Shown here: in pieces, positions 62,630-64,000 of the stretch
Layout: each line of letters opens with the position of its first letter
Position numbering within the stretch: the first letter of the stretch is position 1
From: Pristiophorus japonicus
Lineage: Eukaryota
DNA length: 64,000 nt
Direction of reading: 5' to 3'
Assembly (NCBI RefSeq): GCF_044704955.1
Contig: NC_091992.1
Coordinates: forward strand, 12,648,001 to 12,712,000
Program-made: the position numbers and the translations under genes
Notes under the pieces: model-generated
Databases searched by the model: none
Seen by the model: only the letters and a program-made list of their open reading frames with translations
What the model was told of the DNA's origin: nothing

Positions 62630-62950
62630 GACAGACTTGCATTTATATAGCATCTGTCAAGACCTTAGGATTTCCAAAAGCGCTTTTACAGCCAATGAAG
62701 TACTTTTGAAGTGTAGTCACAGCTGTAATGTAGGAAACACGGCAGCCAATTTGCACACAGCAAGCTCCCACAAACAGCAAGGTGATAACGACCAGATAAT
62801 CTGTTTTAGTGACGTCAATGAATAAATATTGGTCAGGACACTTGGGGAGAACTCCCCTGCTCTTATTCAAAATAATGCGATGGATCTTTTACGTCCATTT
62901 GAGGGGTTTAATGTCTCATCCGAAGGACGGCACTTCCGATGCTCAGCGTC
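62630..62950 (-). mobile_element. Deu-domain SINE fragment
   Basis: Tail GACTTGCATTTATATAGC plus Deu core. Confidence 0.8.
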
Positions 62951-63302
62951 ACCAGCAATCTTAGCAGGACAATCTGCAAGAAAGCAACAACCAAATTTTG
63001 CAGTCAACACGACACCAAGTTTTGTTGCGATGCCACATCATTTTTTTCACCCCTCCGCCTTACTATAAAAGGAGTGGGCAACAGCTTTTGCCCAGGACCA
63101 GGCCAATGCAACTTTGGAAGAGGGACACACAAAAGCCTTCACAACCTGAAGCAACCTCATAATTCCCTCCTCCCAGCAGAAAAAGCACTCTGCTTCAATG
63201 CTGGAGTTTTCTCTGAGAAGGATAAAGTTAGTGAACTCTCCTGTAAACTCACAATTTACCAATCTAGGGCACAGCACTCCAGGAGAACCAACACACCATA
63301 CC

Positions 63303-63442
63303 CATCATCATAGGCAGTCTCTCGGAATCGAGGAAGACTTGCTTCCACTCTTAACACGAGTTCTTAGGTAGCTGTACAGTCCAATACGAGAACCACAGTC
63401 TCTGTCACAGGTGGGACAGATAGTCGTTGAGGGAAGGGGTTT
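63303..63442 (-). mobile_element. RTE 3' fragment with an 8-bp TSD
   Basis: Matches 35742-35880. TSD ACCATACC at 63295-63302 and 63443-63450. Confidence 0.88.
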
Positions 63443-64000
63443 ACCATACCACAGCACAATTGGTTACACAATATAGAGTTGGACTCTAATTACCAATCAG
63501 CAATGCACATATGCAAATGCGACCAAGAGTGACAACCAAAAAGGCAAGTCTGCAACCCTACTCAACCCAATATTTTGATAGAAGCAGCTCACTTGGATGG
63601 TCTTTCCCAATTACCCAGCAAATCGATCACCAGACATGTCAGACCAAGAACATAAAGTCACTGTGTCAGGAATCAAATTGGAGTTCAAGTCTCACTCTGT
63701 TGGCAAGGCTACATTTCAGAGTGATGACCCCACTACTGTGTTATATTTTTAATCGACCTTAAAAACTCCAAGGCTCAATGGTCATAAAATTCCTGGTGCA
63801 AGCAATATGCTCGATTTTATGGTACATACACAGCAGGTCCAGGAGGGATTGGAGGCTGATAGTCACATACAATTTGTGCCACCGGTGGAACAATCACGGA
63901 GGTGGCCATCATGTCATCAAGCCAATACAAGCCAATTGTAATAAATAACGCTCTGCAGGGCAAAAACGTCGACACCTTATGTCAGAGCTGGTTCAAACAA

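Noticed and set aside
26927-64000. NF1 exon 1 or promoter
   Set aside because: No MAAHRPVEW-like coding sequence found. The CpG-rich patches are bounded by TIRs, so they are transposons.

Overview
Eukaryotic (vertebrate) genomic DNA, most likely from a cartilaginous fish; this is inferred from the CR1, Deu-type SINE and RTE repeat content. The window holds the 5' part of a neurofibromin (NF1-family) gene on the minus strand. Coding exons 2-8 (26926 down to 299) all have GT-AG boundaries and the same lengths and phases as human NF1 (144, 84, 191, 107, 68, 76, 158 nt). Exon 1 lies beyond the right edge, so intron 1 is over 37 kb. The introns are packed with transposable elements: CR1 LINEs (one with a 559-codon open RT frame), a CR1>RTE>CR1 triple nest, L2 and Vingi-like fragments, tRNA-derived SINEs, two solo LTRs of one family, and several TIR elements. 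There is also a T-free 22-bp minisatellite containing a 200-N gap. No prokaryotic-type system is present. The best leads are a possibly paralogous, divergent NF1 copy, an internally deleted RTE element with a fold-back 5' end, and hairpin-bearing MITEs. Repeat boundaries are approximate unless a TSD or TIR is given. Family names come from recalled motifs, not database searches.
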